This document shows positions 31,162 through 32,000 of a stretch of DNA of 32,000 nt, in pieces. Both the position numbers and the translations under genes were made by a program. The stretch's first letter is position 1. Each line of letters opens with the position of its first letter. The notes under the pieces were generated by a model. The model worked only from the letters and a program-made list of their open reading frames with translations. It was not told the origin of the DNA and ran no database searches. Origin of the DNA: an uncultured archaeon (GTDB lineage Archaea; Asgardarchaeota; Thorarchaeia; Thorarchaeales; Thorarchaeaceae); assembly GCA_964354495.1 (NCBI GenBank), contig CAYHAA010000010.1:60001-92000 (forward strand), given 5' to 3'.

Positions 31162-32000
31162 CTAGATGAATCGGTCCATCAGGCTGTCAACAACAAGGTC
31201 GATGTTCTGAGCGGTTATACCTTGGTCTAGCGCAATCTGACGAGTCCTCTCAAGCCTTCTTTCGTCATTCATATCGCCCAGTCCGTCGAAGAACCCGAGC
31301 CTTCTTCCAAGCCGGAATAGTAGCTGCTGCTCAGGAGTCATAGCCAGAAATTCACGAAGTATGGAGAGCATTCGCTCCTTGTCGTCAGGAAGTCTTCCCT
31401 CTAGGTCAGCAAAGAGGTTGAGAATGTGGTCACTCAGAATCATACTCGTGATTCCCTCAAGTCCTTCAATGAAGAGGAGCAGCTCTCTGGCAATCTCGAT
31501 ATCATTGCATTTTGTGAAATTCCCCTCTTCCTGTTTCACGTATAGAGGAGCTCTCGAAGTAACAGCAAGAGGTCTGAGTCTAATGAAGTCCGCATTGATC
31601 TGATTCAGAGCGTCTGCAGTCTCGTTTGCGTGCACGGAAGAGAGTCCTCTTCCGCCCAGACCAGGCATGACATACTCAGAGAGCTCAAATCCGACTCTCT
31701 TCGTCATGACACCAGCACGTACATGCATGTCCTTCGTCGCTCCTTTCTTGACAAGACGGAGAACAGCATCCGATCCTGACTCGAGTCCCACATGGATTCT
31801 ATCCAGTCCAGCATCCTTGATTGTCCTTAGTCCATCCTCACCAACCTTCAAGATGGTGCTTGAGCGGGAATACGATGTCACGCGGTCAATCCAGGGGAAC
31901 CTATCATGAAGATGCTTGAGGATGGTAGCAAGATTCTCAGCACCGATAACAAGTGAGTCTGAGTCCTGTAAGAAGACAGACTGCATCCCATCACTATACC
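31162..32000 (-). CDS. Radical SAM family protein, 5' end outside window
   Basis: SVFLQDSDS, RVTSYSR, AGLDRIHVGLESGSD, YVMPGLGG fit a radical-SAM TIM-barrel core. The frame stays open from 31986 to the window end, so the CxxxCxxC motif would lie outside the window and is not seen. Confidence 0.75.
   Translation of the reverse strand, partial: YSDGMQSVFLQDSDSLVIGAENLATILKHLHDRFPWIDRVTSYSRSSTILKVGEDGLRTIKDAGLDRIHVGLESGSDAVLRLVKKGATKDMHVRAGVMTKRVGFELSEYVMPGLGGRGLSSVHANETADALNQINADFIRLRPLAVTSRAPLYVKQEEGNFTKCNDIEIARELLLFIEGLEGITSMILSDHILNLFADLEGRLPDDKERMLSILREFLAMTPEQQLLFRLGRRLGFFDGLGDMNDERRLERTRQIALDQGITAQNIDLVVDSLMDRFI

Noticed and set aside
338-31909. Numerous 60-210-aa ORFs antisense to or overlapping the called genes (e.g. 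1497-2129, 6640-7011, 14345-14692, 18492-18920)
   Set aside because: These are shadow frames of well-supported genes, with no motifs of their own.

Overview
Archaeal-looking chromosomal window. Archaeal-type LeuC/LeuD, a thiolase-DUF35 pair and N-glycosylation-sequon-rich surface proteins point to Archaea; an Asgard/Thorarchaeia-like origin is my inference, not a result. The left part holds an FAH-family hydrolase (cut by the window edge) divergent from a small Cys protein and a leuB/leuC/leuD-like trio, then a 594-aa membrane protein. A long minus-strand block encodes a pyruvate/oxaloacetate carboxyltransferase (PycB/OadA-like), a separate biotin carrier, a thiolase-fold protein lacking the nucleophilic Cys, a DUF35 protein and an IVD/LCAD-type acyl-CoA dehydrogenase. 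A 10-kb gene sits between the thiolase-like gene and DUF35. It encodes a 3349-aa receptor-like type I membrane protein with 18 exact-length 83-aa tandem repeats, one TM helix and a 249-aa cytoplasmic tail ending in a twin helical motif. Upstream of pycB lies a ~2.9-kb AT-richer segment (HExxH protein, Ig-like membrane protein, Zn-ribbon). It is bracketed by two copies of the pycB promoter plus first 88 codons: one intact, one truncated with a nonsense codon, differing almost only at synonymous sites. The right part encodes membrane proteins, a HemL-like class III aminotransferase, a BKACE/Kce enzyme, a class I aminotransferase, a candidate 38-aa smORF and a radical-SAM-like gene cut by the window end. 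I saw no rRNA, tRNA, CRISPR array, transposase or integrase.
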